This document shows, piece after piece, positions 27,012-35,324 of a stretch of 35,324 nt of DNA; the first letter of the stretch is position 1; each line of letters opens with the position of its first letter. The translations under genes and the position numbers were made by a program. The notes under the pieces are model-generated. The model saw only the letters and a program-made list of their open reading frames with translations, was not told the DNA's origin and ran no database searches. Source of the DNA: Planctomycetota bacterium (GTDB lineage: Bacteria; Planctomycetota; Phycisphaerae; UBA1845); NCBI GenBank assembly GCA_030622435.1, contig JAUXGE010000003.1, positions 1 to 35,324 on the forward strand, read 5' to 3'.

Positions 27012-27091
27012 GACCCGGGGTATCGACCTGGAATGCCACATGCCATCTCGTACACGCGAAGATCAACCCCGGGGGAATTGAGAAAACACTC

Positions 27092-28156
27092 ATGGACCTG
27101 ATCGTCGTCATGAAATCCAGTGCCGCGGGCGATGACGTACATCGCGTCGTCGATCGCGTGTCAGAGCTGGGCATGAAGCCTCACATCTCGAAGGGCGAGT
27201 ACCGTACGATCGTCGGCGCCATTGGGGAGAAGACCCCACAGGCGCAGGAGCAGCTCGAGCAGCTCCCCGGCGTCGATCAGGTGATGAGCATCTCCGAGCC
27301 CTACCGCCTCGCCTCCCGCGAGTTCCACGAGGCCGATACCATCCTCGACATCAAGGGCATTCGCATCGGCGGGCCGCACGTGAACATCATCGCCGGCCCC
27401 TGTGCCATCGAGAGCCGGGACGTGCTGTTCGACGTGGGACAGGCGGTCAAGGACGCCGGGGCAGCCATCCTTCGCGGCGGGGCTTACAAGCCCCGAAGCT
27501 CTCCCTACTCCTTCAGCGGTATGGGGCGCGAGGGTCTCGAACTCCTCAAAGAGGCCGGCGAGCACCTCGGCATGCCGACCATTACGGAGGTGATGGATCC
27601 GCGCGACGTAGAGGCCGTATACGACTACGCCGACATCTTCCAGGTCGGCGCCCGCAACATGCACAACTTCAACCTGCTGCTCGAAGTCGGCAAGACGGAC
27701 AAGCCGGTCTTCATCAAGCGGGGAATCGCCGCCTCCGTCACCGAGCTGCTAATGTCGGCCGAGTACGTCCTGAGCCAGGGCAACCACCGCGTGATGCTCT
27801 GCGAGCGCGGCATCAGGACGTTCGCCGAGGAGACGCGGTACACGCTGGATGTGTCGGCCATACCTGTGATCCAGGGGCGGTCGCACCTGCCGGTCTTCAT
27901 CGACCCGTCGCATGCGGCCGGCAAGCGTGACCTGGTTCCGCCCCTGACGCTCGCCGGCATTGCGGTCGGGGCGGCCGGCGCCATCGTTGAGGTCCATAGC
28001 TGTCCCGATCGAGCGTTGTGTGACGGTCCACAGGCGGTTTTGCCGAAGAACTTCGTGAGGCTCATGGAGCAAATCCGCCAGATTGCGGACATCGTCGGGC
28101 ACCGGGTTACGCAATGGGGAGAAGGCTCGCATCCTGCTGATCCGTTAGGGAAATAG
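27092..28156 (+). CDS. aroF: 3-deoxy-7-phosphoheptulonate (DAHP) synthase, class I-beta with N-terminal regulatory domain
   Basis: IAGPCAIES, LRGGAYKPRSSPYSF, QVGARNM, LCERGIRTF and DPSHAAG motifs; N-terminal LIVVMK ferredoxin-like domain. Confidence 0.95.
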   Translation: MDLIVVMKSSAAGDDVHRVVDRVSELGMKPHISKGEYRTIVGAIGEKTPQAQEQLEQLPGVDQVMSISEPYRLASREFHEADTILDIKGIRIGGPHVNIIAGPCAIESRDVLFDVGQAVKDAGAAILRGGAYKPRSSPYSFSGMGREGLELLKEAGEHLGMPTITEVMDPRDVEAVYDYADIFQVGARNMHNFNLLLEVGKTDKPVFIKRGIAASVTELLMSAEYVLSQGNHRVMLCERGIRTFAEETRYTLDVSAIPVIQGRSHLPVFIDPSHAAGKRDLVPPLTLAGIAVGAAGAIVEVHSCPDRALCDGPQAVLPKNFVRLMEQIRQIADIVGHRVTQWGEGSHPADPLGK

Positions 28157-28250
28157 GGGACCGCCGGCGGCAGGTTAAAGAAGTAAGAGGCCACTTTGTT
28201 ACCCTTTTGGGGCTCGTGTCATCACTTTGTGACAACGGAGTGTCAATGCT

Positions 28251-29021
28251 ATGAGAACACCGCTAATTGCCGGCAATTGGAAGATGCACAAGACGCTCGC
28301 GGAGGCTAGCGAGCTGGTGAAAGGGATACGTGAAGGTGTCGGGGGGATCAGCGGAGTCGAGGTCCTGGTCTGTCCGCCCTATCAGCACCTGTTCCCCATA
28401 GCCGAGGCCGTCAAAGGGTCGGCCGTCAAGCTCGGGGCGCAAAACGCCCATTTCGAGCTGGAAGGGGCGTTTACCGGCGAAATATCCGTACCGATGCTGG
28501 TCGACGCGGGATGCACTCACGTGATCCTGGGCCACAGCGAGCGCAGGCAGTACTTCGCCGAGGACGGCCCGCTGCTGGCGAAGAAGGTCCGGGCGGCCGT
28601 TAATGGGGGTCTGACGGCGGTCTACTGCGTCGGTGAGACACTCGAAGAGCGCGAATCCGGGCGCACCGCGGCGGTCGTCGAGCGACACATGACCGAGGCC
28701 ATAGGGAAGGACGTGCCCGCTGATCGGCTGGTGATTGCCTATGAGCCGGTTTGGGCGATCGGGACGGGCAAGACGGCCACACCTGACCAGGCCCAGGAGG
28801 TCCACGCCCTGATTCGTGGCCTGCTGGCTTCGAAGTACGACCAGGCTACGGCGGAATCGATCCGGATTCTGTACGGTGGCAGCGTGAAGCCGGGCAACGC
28901 CGAGACGCTCCTGGCCCAACCGGACATCGACGGGGCGCTGGTCGGCGGGGCCTGTTTGGCAGCGGGGGACTTCGTTGCTATCATACAGGCCGCTGAGACG
29001 ACGGTGGCGATGCCGTCGTAG
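28251..29021 (+). CDS. tpiA: Triosephosphate isomerase
   Basis: AGNWKM, GHSERR, AYEPVWAIGTG and YGGSVK motifs. Confidence 0.98.
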   Translation: MRTPLIAGNWKMHKTLAEASELVKGIREGVGGISGVEVLVCPPYQHLFPIAEAVKGSAVKLGAQNAHFELEGAFTGEISVPMLVDAGCTHVILGHSERRQYFAEDGPLLAKKVRAAVNGGLTAVYCVGETLEERESGRTAAVVERHMTEAIGKDVPADRLVIAYEPVWAIGTGKTATPDQAQEVHALIRGLLASKYDQATAESIRILYGGSVKPGNAETLLAQPDIDGALVGGACLAAGDFVAIIQAAETTVAMPS

Positions 29022-29135
29022 AGGTTCCAGGGTGGCAAGGGGTTTGCGCGCGCCCTGGTTCGATAGGCTGGCGTCACCGCGAGCGCTGTGGATGCGCGAA
29101 TGCGGTGCATGGGTTTGGAAAGCAGAGGCTTGTTG

Positions 29136-29708
29136 ATGGACTTACTTTGTCAGATGCGTTGGACGCAGACGTTTCTTGGTCTTGCGCTCTTCTTGGTATG
29201 TTGTCTGCTGATGATCGTGATCCTGCTTCAGAAGGGGCGTGGTGGCGGTCTGTCCGGTGCCTTCGGGGGTGGCGGCGGCAGCAGTGCGTTCGGAGCGAAG
29301 ACGGGAGATCTGTTCACCTGGATTACCGTTGTGGTCGCCATGATCTTCCTGTTTGGCAACGTGGTGGCGAACTACGCATTCGACGAATCGGTGAAGAACG
29401 ACAACGCGAGCGAGCCGGTACAAGCGGCACCGGAGACTCCCGAACCGTCGGCCGAAGGAGATGCCCTTCCAATCTCCGTGACACCGATCGATCTGTCGAC
29501 CGCGACGGCTCCTGCGGAAGATGCGGCCGGGACTGGTGCCGACGAAACGCCGCCTCCCGATGTGACGCCTGATTCGACAACAGCAACTCAACCCCCTCCC
29601 GGTGAAGACGAGACCGCGCCCAAGGACGAACCATCCGGGGGCGGTGAAACCGGCGAGGGTGGTACGGGTGGAGATTCGGGCGCCGGCGAGGACCGGCCCA
29701 GTCCATGA
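29136..29708 (+). CDS. secG: Preprotein translocase subunit SecG with long acidic C-terminal tail
   Basis: ILLQKGRGGGLSGAFGG...FGAKTGD between two TM helices; located after tpiA. Confidence 0.9.
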   Translation: MDLLCQMRWTQTFLGLALFLVCCLLMIVILLQKGRGGGLSGAFGGGGGSSAFGAKTGDLFTWITVVVAMIFLFGNVVANYAFDESVKNDNASEPVQAAPETPEPSAEGDALPISVTPIDLSTATAPAEDAAGTGADETPPPDVTPDSTTATQPPPGEDETAPKDEPSGGGETGEGGTGGDSGAGEDRPSP

Positions 29709-30589
29709 TCCGGTCCATGACGGGCTATGGGGCGGCGCAGCACGTGGAGGGCGGCGTGTGCTACGCCCTCGAGATTCGCAGCCTCAACAACCGGTACGTC
29801 AAGCTTTCTCTCAAGTTGCCCGAGCATCTCCAGTTTCTGGAGAGTGACATTGACAGGATGCTGCGGGCTCGCCTGGTTCGCGGCACCGTGACTTATACGC
29901 TCCGTGTTCGCAGCGAGCATGGTTCGGTGCTTCGGCGCATCAACTCCGCCGCCTTGCAGGAGTACGTGGATCAGTTGTCGCGGGTAGAGGCGTCGAATGG
30001 ACCGCCTTCGACGATCGACCTGGCGACAATCGCCCTGCTTCCGGGTGTTTGTGATGTTCCGGAACTCGACGAGGAAGCCCGCTCCCGTGAGCGGGACATC
30101 GTGACCAATCTGACGGACCGTGCGATTGATGCGCTGTCGGCGATGCGGCGGGACGAAGGAGAGGCGCTGCTACGCGAGTTACTCGGGTTTTGTGAATCGA
30201 TCCGGTCCCTGCTGGCGAATTGTGCGACCCGGGCGCCCAAGGTCATCGAGGAATACCACGAACGGCTGAAATCACGGGTGGGGACGTTGATGCGGACCGG
30301 CGGCTTCGAGCTCGAGGCCGAGGGGTTGATGCGCGAGGTCGCCATCTATGCCGAGAGGTGTGACATAAGTGAGGAGATCGCGCGTCTGACCTCGCATCTG
30401 GATCAGTGCGGTGTGCTCTGCGAGCGAGAGGAACCGGTGGGTCGGACGTTGGACTTCTTGAGCCAGGAAATGCTCCGTGAGGCGAATACTATCGCATCGA
30501 AGAGCAACGACTCCGTGATCGCCCGCAGTGTGGTCGAGATGAAGGGGTGGGTCGATCGCTTGAAGGAACAGGTTCAGAATGTCGTGTAG
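29705..30589 (+). CDS. yicC: YicC/YloC family endoribonuclease
   Basis: IRSMTGYG, DISEEIARL and GRTLDFLSQEMLREANTIASK motifs. Confidence 0.93.
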   Translation: MIRSMTGYGAAQHVEGGVCYALEIRSLNNRYVKLSLKLPEHLQFLESDIDRMLRARLVRGTVTYTLRVRSEHGSVLRRINSAALQEYVDQLSRVEASNGPPSTIDLATIALLPGVCDVPELDEEARSRERDIVTNLTDRAIDALSAMRRDEGEALLRELLGFCESIRSLLANCATRAPKVIEEYHERLKSRVGTLMRTGGFELEAEGLMREVAIYAERCDISEEIARLTSHLDQCGVLCEREEPVGRTLDFLSQEMLREANTIASKSNDSVIARSVVEMKGWVDRLKEQVQNVV

Positions 30590-31184
30590 CGAGGCCTGCA
30601 CCTCGGGCGGCTTCCGCGGAAAATTGATCGTGATCAGCGGGCCGTCGGGGGCGGGGAAAACGTCGATCTGCAACGCGTTGCTGGAGCAACTGCCCGACAC
30701 TGTCTGGAGCGTGTCCGTGACGACCCGGCTCCGCAGGGTCGGTGAGGATGGGGGTCGCAGCTACACGTTCGTCAGCCGCGAGGAGTTCGAACAGCGGGAG
30801 CGAGCCGGGGAGTTCCTCGAGAGTGCCGAGTACGTCGGACAGCGATATGGTACCCCACAGCGCCCCGTAGTCGAAGCGCTGTCGCGCGGGCAGAACGTGG
30901 TGATGGAGGTAGACGTCCAGGGCGGTGCGCAGGTGGCCCGGACGATGCCCGACTCGGTGCGGATCTTCGTGTTACCACCCGATTCGGCTGTCCTTCGGGC
31001 GCGGCTGGAAGGACGAAAAACGGAGGACGCCGAGCAGCTCGCCCGGCGGTTGACGATTGCCGAGAGGGAGGTCGCTGAGGCGAAAGCCGGCGGCTGCTAC
31101 CGGTATTTTGTAGTTAATGATTCTTTGGACGAAGCGATTGCCCAGGTCAAGGCGATCGTACAGAAGGAGAGCGGGGCCGCATGA
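30579..31184 (+). CDS. gmk: Guanylate kinase
   Basis: ISGPSGAGKT, SVSVTTR, YGTP and EVDVQG motifs. Confidence 0.95.
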   Translation: MSCSEACTSGGFRGKLIVISGPSGAGKTSICNALLEQLPDTVWSVSVTTRLRRVGEDGGRSYTFVSREEFEQRERAGEFLESAEYVGQRYGTPQRPVVEALSRGQNVVMEVDVQGGAQVARTMPDSVRIFVLPPDSAVLRARLEGRKTEDAEQLARRLTIAEREVAEAKAGGCYRYFVVNDSLDEAIAQVKAIVQKESGAA

Positions 31185-31405
31185 TCGAGGCATTTCGGCA
31201 CGATGACATAATCGACAAGTTCGGCGGGCGTTTCAAACTCTGCGCCCTCATCCAGCGCCGATGGCTCCAGTTGCTGCAAGGGGCCAGACCCATGGTCGAG
31301 ACCAAGGGTCTGACTGATCTGGAAGTCGTGGTGAAGGAGATCGTCGAGGGGAAGATCGAGATGGAATTCCCCGAGGACGAGCCGGCTGATGAAGAGCGGG
31401 TCTGA
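31181..31405 (+). CDS. rpoZ: RNA polymerase omega subunit
   Basis: GGRFKLCALIQRR...GARP...EIVEGKI; located after gmk. Confidence 0.88.
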   Translation: MIEAFRHDDIIDKFGGRFKLCALIQRRWLQLLQGARPMVETKGLTDLEVVVKEIVEGKIEMEFPEDEPADEERV

Positions 31406-32000
31406 CAATCAGGGCGGATCCGATCTTGCCGGCTACGAAGTACTGATCGGCATCTGCGGCGGGATCGCGGCCTACAAGGTCTGCGAAGTCGCTTCTGCGC
31501 TCGTGAAGCGCGGGGCGGGTGTCACCGTGTCCATGACGCGGGCCGCCCGGAAGTTCGTCGGGCCTGTGACGTTTCAGGCGCTGACGGGCCGACGTGTACT
31601 GACGGACATGTGGCACGAGATGGACGTCGTCGAGGTCAGGCACGTTTCGGCGACTGATGCGGCCGATCTGATCCTGATCGCGCCTGCCACGGCCAACCTC
31701 ATTGCCAAGATTGCCTCGGGGATCGCCGACGATCTGGTCAGCACACTGGTGGTCACTGCCGCCTCACCCGTTCTGATCGCGCCGGCCATGAACGATCGCA
31801 TGTGGGCCAACCCGATCGTGCAGCGCAACGTCGCCGCCCTGGCCGAGCCGGCTTACCGGTTCGTGGGGCCTGGTGAGGGTTGGCTGGCGTGTCGGAGCGT
31901 CGGTCCGGGGCGCATGGCGGAACCGAACGAGATCATCGAAGTGGTTGTTTCGTCGCTTATGGAAAAACCGGCGAAGAGAAGGATGAAGGGTGAGGGATGA
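31389..32000 (+). CDS. coaC: Phosphopantothenoylcysteine decarboxylase (stand-alone CoaC flavoprotein)
   Basis: GGIAAYK, APATAN, PAMNDRMW and LAC...GRMAEP motifs. Confidence 0.9.
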   Translation: MKSGSDNQGGSDLAGYEVLIGICGGIAAYKVCEVASALVKRGAGVTVSMTRAARKFVGPVTFQALTGRRVLTDMWHEMDVVEVRHVSATDAADLILIAPATANLIAKIASGIADDLVSTLVVTAASPVLIAPAMNDRMWANPIVQRNVAALAEPAYRFVGPGEGWLACRSVGPGRMAEPNEIIEVVVSSLMEKPAKRRMKGEG

Positions 32001-32100
32001 ATAGCGAATGGCGAAGGAAGAATGGTGAATCGGAAGTGACAGAGGCTGTCGTTTCCTTAATTCGCTATTCGCCATTCGACATTCTCAATTCATCAGTTCG
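31981..32100. repeat. Inverted heptamer short-tandem-repeat tract between coaC and coaB
   Basis: GAATAGC/GAATGGC/GAATGGT units followed by complementary ATTCGCT/ATTCGCC/ATTCGAC units. Confidence 0.7.
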
Positions 32101-32103
32101 ATC

Positions 32104-32748
32104 ATGCGAATCCTCGTAACCGCCGGGCCGACGCGCGAGTTTCTCGATACGGTGCGGTTCCTCTCCAATTCGTCTACTGGAAAGATGGGTCACGCGATAG
32201 CCGCCGAATCGGCGCGACGAGGGCACGACGTTGTCCTGATCTCGGGGCCCGTCGAGCTGTCGGCGCCTGACGGCGTGGAAGTCTTGCGTGTGATCAGCGC
32301 TCGTGAGATGTACGAAGCTTGCGTGTTGCGCTTCGGTGAGTGCCATGCTGCTGTCATGACGGCGGCCGTCTGTGACTATCGGCCTGCATCGCGATCCGAC
32401 CGCAAGTGGAAGAAGGAATGTAGCACCCGTTCGCTGACACTCGAACCCACAGAGGACATTCTCGCTCACCTCGGAACCATAAGAGAGCGGCAGGTGTTGA
32501 TCGGGTTCGCCATGGAGGACCACGATCACCACCAAAACGCCGAGGCGAAGCTGAAGCGCAAAGGGTGCGATGCGATCGTGCTCAATGGTCCGGGCAACGT
32601 CGGCGCCGATACCGCCCGGATCGAGATCCTCCGCGCGGACGGCGGCTGGTCGCCGGCTTTTTCGGATACGAAGGCGAAGGTCGCCGCCGTCGTCGTCGAT
32701 CTCGTCGAGGTCCTGGCGGGCTCGCAGTCTGACGATCGACACGCGTGA
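32104..32748 (+). CDS. coaB: Phosphopantothenate--cysteine ligase (stand-alone CoaB)
   Basis: ILVTAGPTRE..D.VRF.SN.S.GKMG, AAVCDY, GFAME and KLKRKGCDAIVLN motifs. Confidence 0.9.
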   Translation: MRILVTAGPTREFLDTVRFLSNSSTGKMGHAIAAESARRGHDVVLISGPVELSAPDGVEVLRVISAREMYEACVLRFGECHAAVMTAAVCDYRPASRSDRKWKKECSTRSLTLEPTEDILAHLGTIRERQVLIGFAMEDHDHHQNAEAKLKRKGCDAIVLNGPGNVGADTARIEILRADGGWSPAFSDTKAKVAAVVVDLVEVLAGSQSDDRHA

Positions 32749-32771
32749 CCATGCCCCGCCGGGGCGGCGGG

Positions 32772-33007
32772 TATGTGTTTAGCGTGGAATCCGGGTGGCA
32801 TGGGCAAGGATCGCCTCTAGCGAAACCTCCGATTCGAGGATAACGGTTGGTGGTGATCCTTGCCCGTGCAGTGGATGTGATTGCGGGCAACACGGGCAAG
32901 CTTCACCGCGGGGCGTCGGTCACGAACTCGTCCTGGCCGGGTAACCGGTAGCCCAGTCTGCTTGCCCCTGCGTTCGCTTGCCCATGCCACCCAACGCTAA
33001 ATACGTA
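32772..33007. mobile_element. MITE-like element with TIRs enclosing nested REP-like inverted pairs
   Basis: TATGTGTTTAGCGT / ACGCTAAATACGTA (12/14); inner GGGTGGCATGGGCAAG / CTTGCCCATGCCACCC perfect 16-bp pair; innermost CTTGCCCGTG / CACGGGCAAG. Confidence 0.72.
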
Positions 33008-33520
33008 CGGCGGCGGGAATGGCCTGTCCCGTCGACTGGAGGGCTCTGGGGGCTTTGATTTCCGGGGAAATTCTCCGCAAATTCTGGCGTTGAGCCGGCC
33101 CGGGTTGTGATTTGTTGTCGTGTGTGGTTTGTGCCAAGTTGGGATACCTTTGTGAAAAGGAGTTCCTTCGTGAAGGGTCTTTACGGGTCCGCACCATAAT
33201 GCGTTGTAGCAATCCATTGGGTCGGATTGTGTTGTCCTGGTTTGGTGGTTGGTCGAGAGAACGGTGGGTTGCGATGCCAAACGCCGTAATTACTTCAAAT
33301 ATAATAGGTTAGGCCTGTTTCGCCCGGGAGAATCTGCCTTTGGCCCGGCCTGTTGCGATCTGCGGAGCGGATGCGGGGCGTCCGATTTTGCCATGGTTTG
33401 TTCAAGCTTCTGCGCGCGGAGGACCGATTAGCAGTCAACGTCCCTGTAATGTCTGCTGCGCGTGCGGTCATTTGCCTGTGCGATGGGACGTGGTAGGGCG
33501 AAAAGTTTTGGGTTTGAAGG

Positions 33521-33548
33521 TTGACTTGCTTTGGCCGATTCCTACAAT
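33521..33548 (+). promoter_or_regulatory. sigma70-type promoter upstream of the Cys-rich lipoprotein
   Basis: TTGACT (33521-33526)-N16-TACAAT (33543-33548). Confidence 0.6.
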
Positions 33549-33934
33549 TCGCCCACGGTACTCTGTTGGAGTTTGCGTGTTTGAGCCATAGGGGGTAGAA
33601 CCGCGGACTTCACGGCACTGGAGGAGGCGCTCGTTCTGGAGCTGGCGCGTGGTCAGAACGGTGAGAGCCCCCAACTCGGAAGGTGCTGAGGGACCCGGAG
33701 CCGCGTAACGGACTTAAAGGAGTGAGTCGCTGCTGGGCGACGGTGCTGCGACGAAATCGGTTCTGTAATCCTTAAATGTGTGAAGTGGGCTTGATCCGGC
33801 GCCCCGTGTGTGGCGGAGCACCGGGTGAGGGTCACGCTTGGGATGTTCCCGTTTTGCGTGTCTGATTTTGTGGTATAGACGATCCGCGTGTGACACGGAG
33901 CACGCCACAACCTTTTGCTTGGAGGTCAACGAGA

Positions 33935-35324
33935 ATGCTAGGTTTGAATATCGAAAGAAACACAAAGCTGTGGGTGTCTCGGTTGGGCACGCTTTGTGGC
34001 GTGTTCGCCATGTTGGTGCTTGTCACGGGGTGTCCATGGGGGGAGCCGCCGCCCGTGGCGTGCGAGACTGATGCGGACTGCCCGGACAATGATGTGTTCT
34101 GCGACGGTGTACCAGTCTGCGACATGGAGACGCTTGTCTGTGTTGCGGGCGAAGTGCCCTGCGCGGCTGATTACTGCGACGAGGAGTTGGACGTTTGCGC
34201 CGAGTGTTTGGCGGACGATGAGTGTGACGATGCCGATCTGTGCACTGACGACGCTTGCGTGGACGGTGTGTGCGTCTTCACGGCTGTCGACTGCGGTGAT
34301 CAGATGTGCGATCCGGCCGACGGTGGTTGCGTCGACTGCCTCGGGGACGCCGACTGCGATGATGGCTTGTTCTGCAACGGAGTCGAGACCTGCGTCGATG
34401 GTGCGTGCGTCCCGGGGATCGATCCGTGCTTGGAGGGTGAGGTTTGCATAGAGGCATCTGACAGGTGCGCTCTGAGCTGCACGACGCCAGCGGACTGCGA
34501 CGACAGCGATGAGTGCACTGTTGAAACGTGCACCGAGGGAGTCTGCTTGTCGACTGCCATTGACTGCGACGACGGTCTGTTCTGCACCGGTGTCGAGACC
34601 TGCGATCCTGCCACGGGTTGTGTCTCGCCCGGTGATCCCTGTGCCGAGGGTGAAACGTGCGACGAAGAAACCGGCACGTGCCTGGATTGCGTTGCGTGCA
34701 CGGATGACGCCGACTGCCTGGACGACGTGTTCTGCAATGGGATCGAAACCTGCGTGGAGGGCTGCTGCCTGGCGGGTGAGGCCGTCGATTGCGATGACGA
34801 CGATCTCTGCACGACGGACGTGTGCGATCCCGACACCGATGCTTGCACGAACGACCCGGTGGTATGTCCTGAGGGTGAAGTTTGCGATCCCGAGACCGGG
34901 GATTGCATGGTTGGGTGCCTGGAGGATGCCGACTGCGACGATGATAATCCCTGCACCAACGATGCCTGTGTCGACCACGAGTGCGTCAACACGAACAACA
35001 CGGCAGGTTGCGATGACGGTGATATCTGCACCAACGGCGACTCCTGCACGGACGGTGTCTGTCTCGGCGTGGCGATGTGTCCGAGCGGAATGACATGCTC
35101 GGGCGGCACCTGCTTGTCGCAAACCGCTTGTGCCGTGCAGCCCGACCCCGCCTGCGATGACGGTTTCGTCTGCACGACGGACGTCTGCAACCTCGGCACG
35201 CTAGAGTGTGAGCACACGCCCAACGACGGGTTGTGCGCCGATGGCTTGTTCTGCTCCGGCAGGTGGATCTGCGATATTGCGAGCGGCGCCGGCTGTGACA
35301 GTACGGGTGATCCCTGTGCGGACC
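33935..35324 (+). CDS. Cys/Asp-rich repeat lipoprotein (Dictyostelium CTDC-like CDDGxxCTxDxC repeats), 3'-truncated by the window edge
   Basis: Absent from the ORF track because it has no stop in the window. GGAGG at 33921, ATG 33935; [33 protein letters not shown] lipobox; open frame to the end with [13 protein letters not shown] and CDDxxxCTxDxC repeats. Confidence 0.85.
   Translation, partial: MLGLNIERNTKLWVSRLGTLCGVFAMLVLVTGCPWGEPPPVACETDADCPDNDVFCDGVPVCDMETLVCVAGEVPCAADYCDEELDVCAECLADDECDDADLCTDDACVDGVCVFTAVDCGDQMCDPADGGCVDCLGDADCDDGLFCNGVETCVDGACVPGIDPCLEGEVCIEASDRCALSCTTPADCDDSDECTVETCTEGVCLSTAIDCDDGLFCTGVETCDPATGCVSPGDPCAEGETCDEETGTCLDCVACTDDADCLDDVFCNGIETCVEGCCLAGEAVDCDDDDLCTTDVCDPDTDACTNDPVVCPEGEVCDPETGDCMVGCLEDADCDDDNPCTNDACVDHECVNTNNTAGCDDGDICTNGDSCTDGVCLGVAMCPSGMTCSGGTCLSQTACAVQPDPACDDGFVCTTDVCNLGTLECEHTPNDGLCADGLFCSGRWICDIASGAGCDSTGDPCAD

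Noticed and set aside
26918-27091. N-terminal extensions of aroF (MKKVWRGLPA...), and likewise of the cupin, folB and 5925-6575 ORFs
   Set aside because: The extensions are translations of MITE/REP or neighbouring DNA; family-like sequence begins at the downstream ATGs, and the 5925 ORF is otherwise antisense to a real gene.
31389-32748. coaBC as a disrupted pseudogene
   Set aside because: Both halves are complete with intact catalytic motifs and their own start codons; split coaC/coaB is a known arrangement.
33186-33216. dif-like site (CGCACCATAATGCGTTGTAGC)
   Set aside because: Only the CATAAT half resembles a XerC arm; there is no TTATGTTAAA-like XerD arm.

Overview
GC-rich bacterial chromosome segment, most consistent with a Planctomycetota (Phycisphaerae-like) genome. 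This is inferred from the gene order tpiA-secG-yicC-gmk-rpoZ-coaC-coaB, Planctomycete-type RpoZ/SecG, and dockerin-like and PEP-CTERM surface proteins. The first 12 kb is an accessory block of secreted proteins on the minus strand. It holds a beta-helix protein, a metallopeptidase, and a four-gene cluster: a signal-peptide-bearing phage-fibre-like protein with an S74 chaperone, a Cys/Asp repeat protein with the same N-terminal domain, and two proteins sharing a ~240-aa C-terminal domain. The middle and right are mostly housekeeping genes (antiporter, thioredoxin-like, uvrA, S41 protease, ndk, cupin, folB, folK, DAHP synthase, tpiA, secG, yicC, gmk, rpoZ, split coaC/coaB). These are interrupted by two PEP-CTERM genes with a 199-bp near-identical promoter/signal-peptide duplication, an unannotated promoter/17-aa-peptide/terminator unit, and many small TIR-bounded elements carrying REP-like doublets, some chained at shared TA dinucleotides. 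A Cys-rich lipoprotein gene missing from the ORF track runs off the right edge. No tRNA, rRNA, CRISPR array, transposase, integrase or reverse transcriptase was recognised. Family assignments come from motifs read by eye, not database searches.
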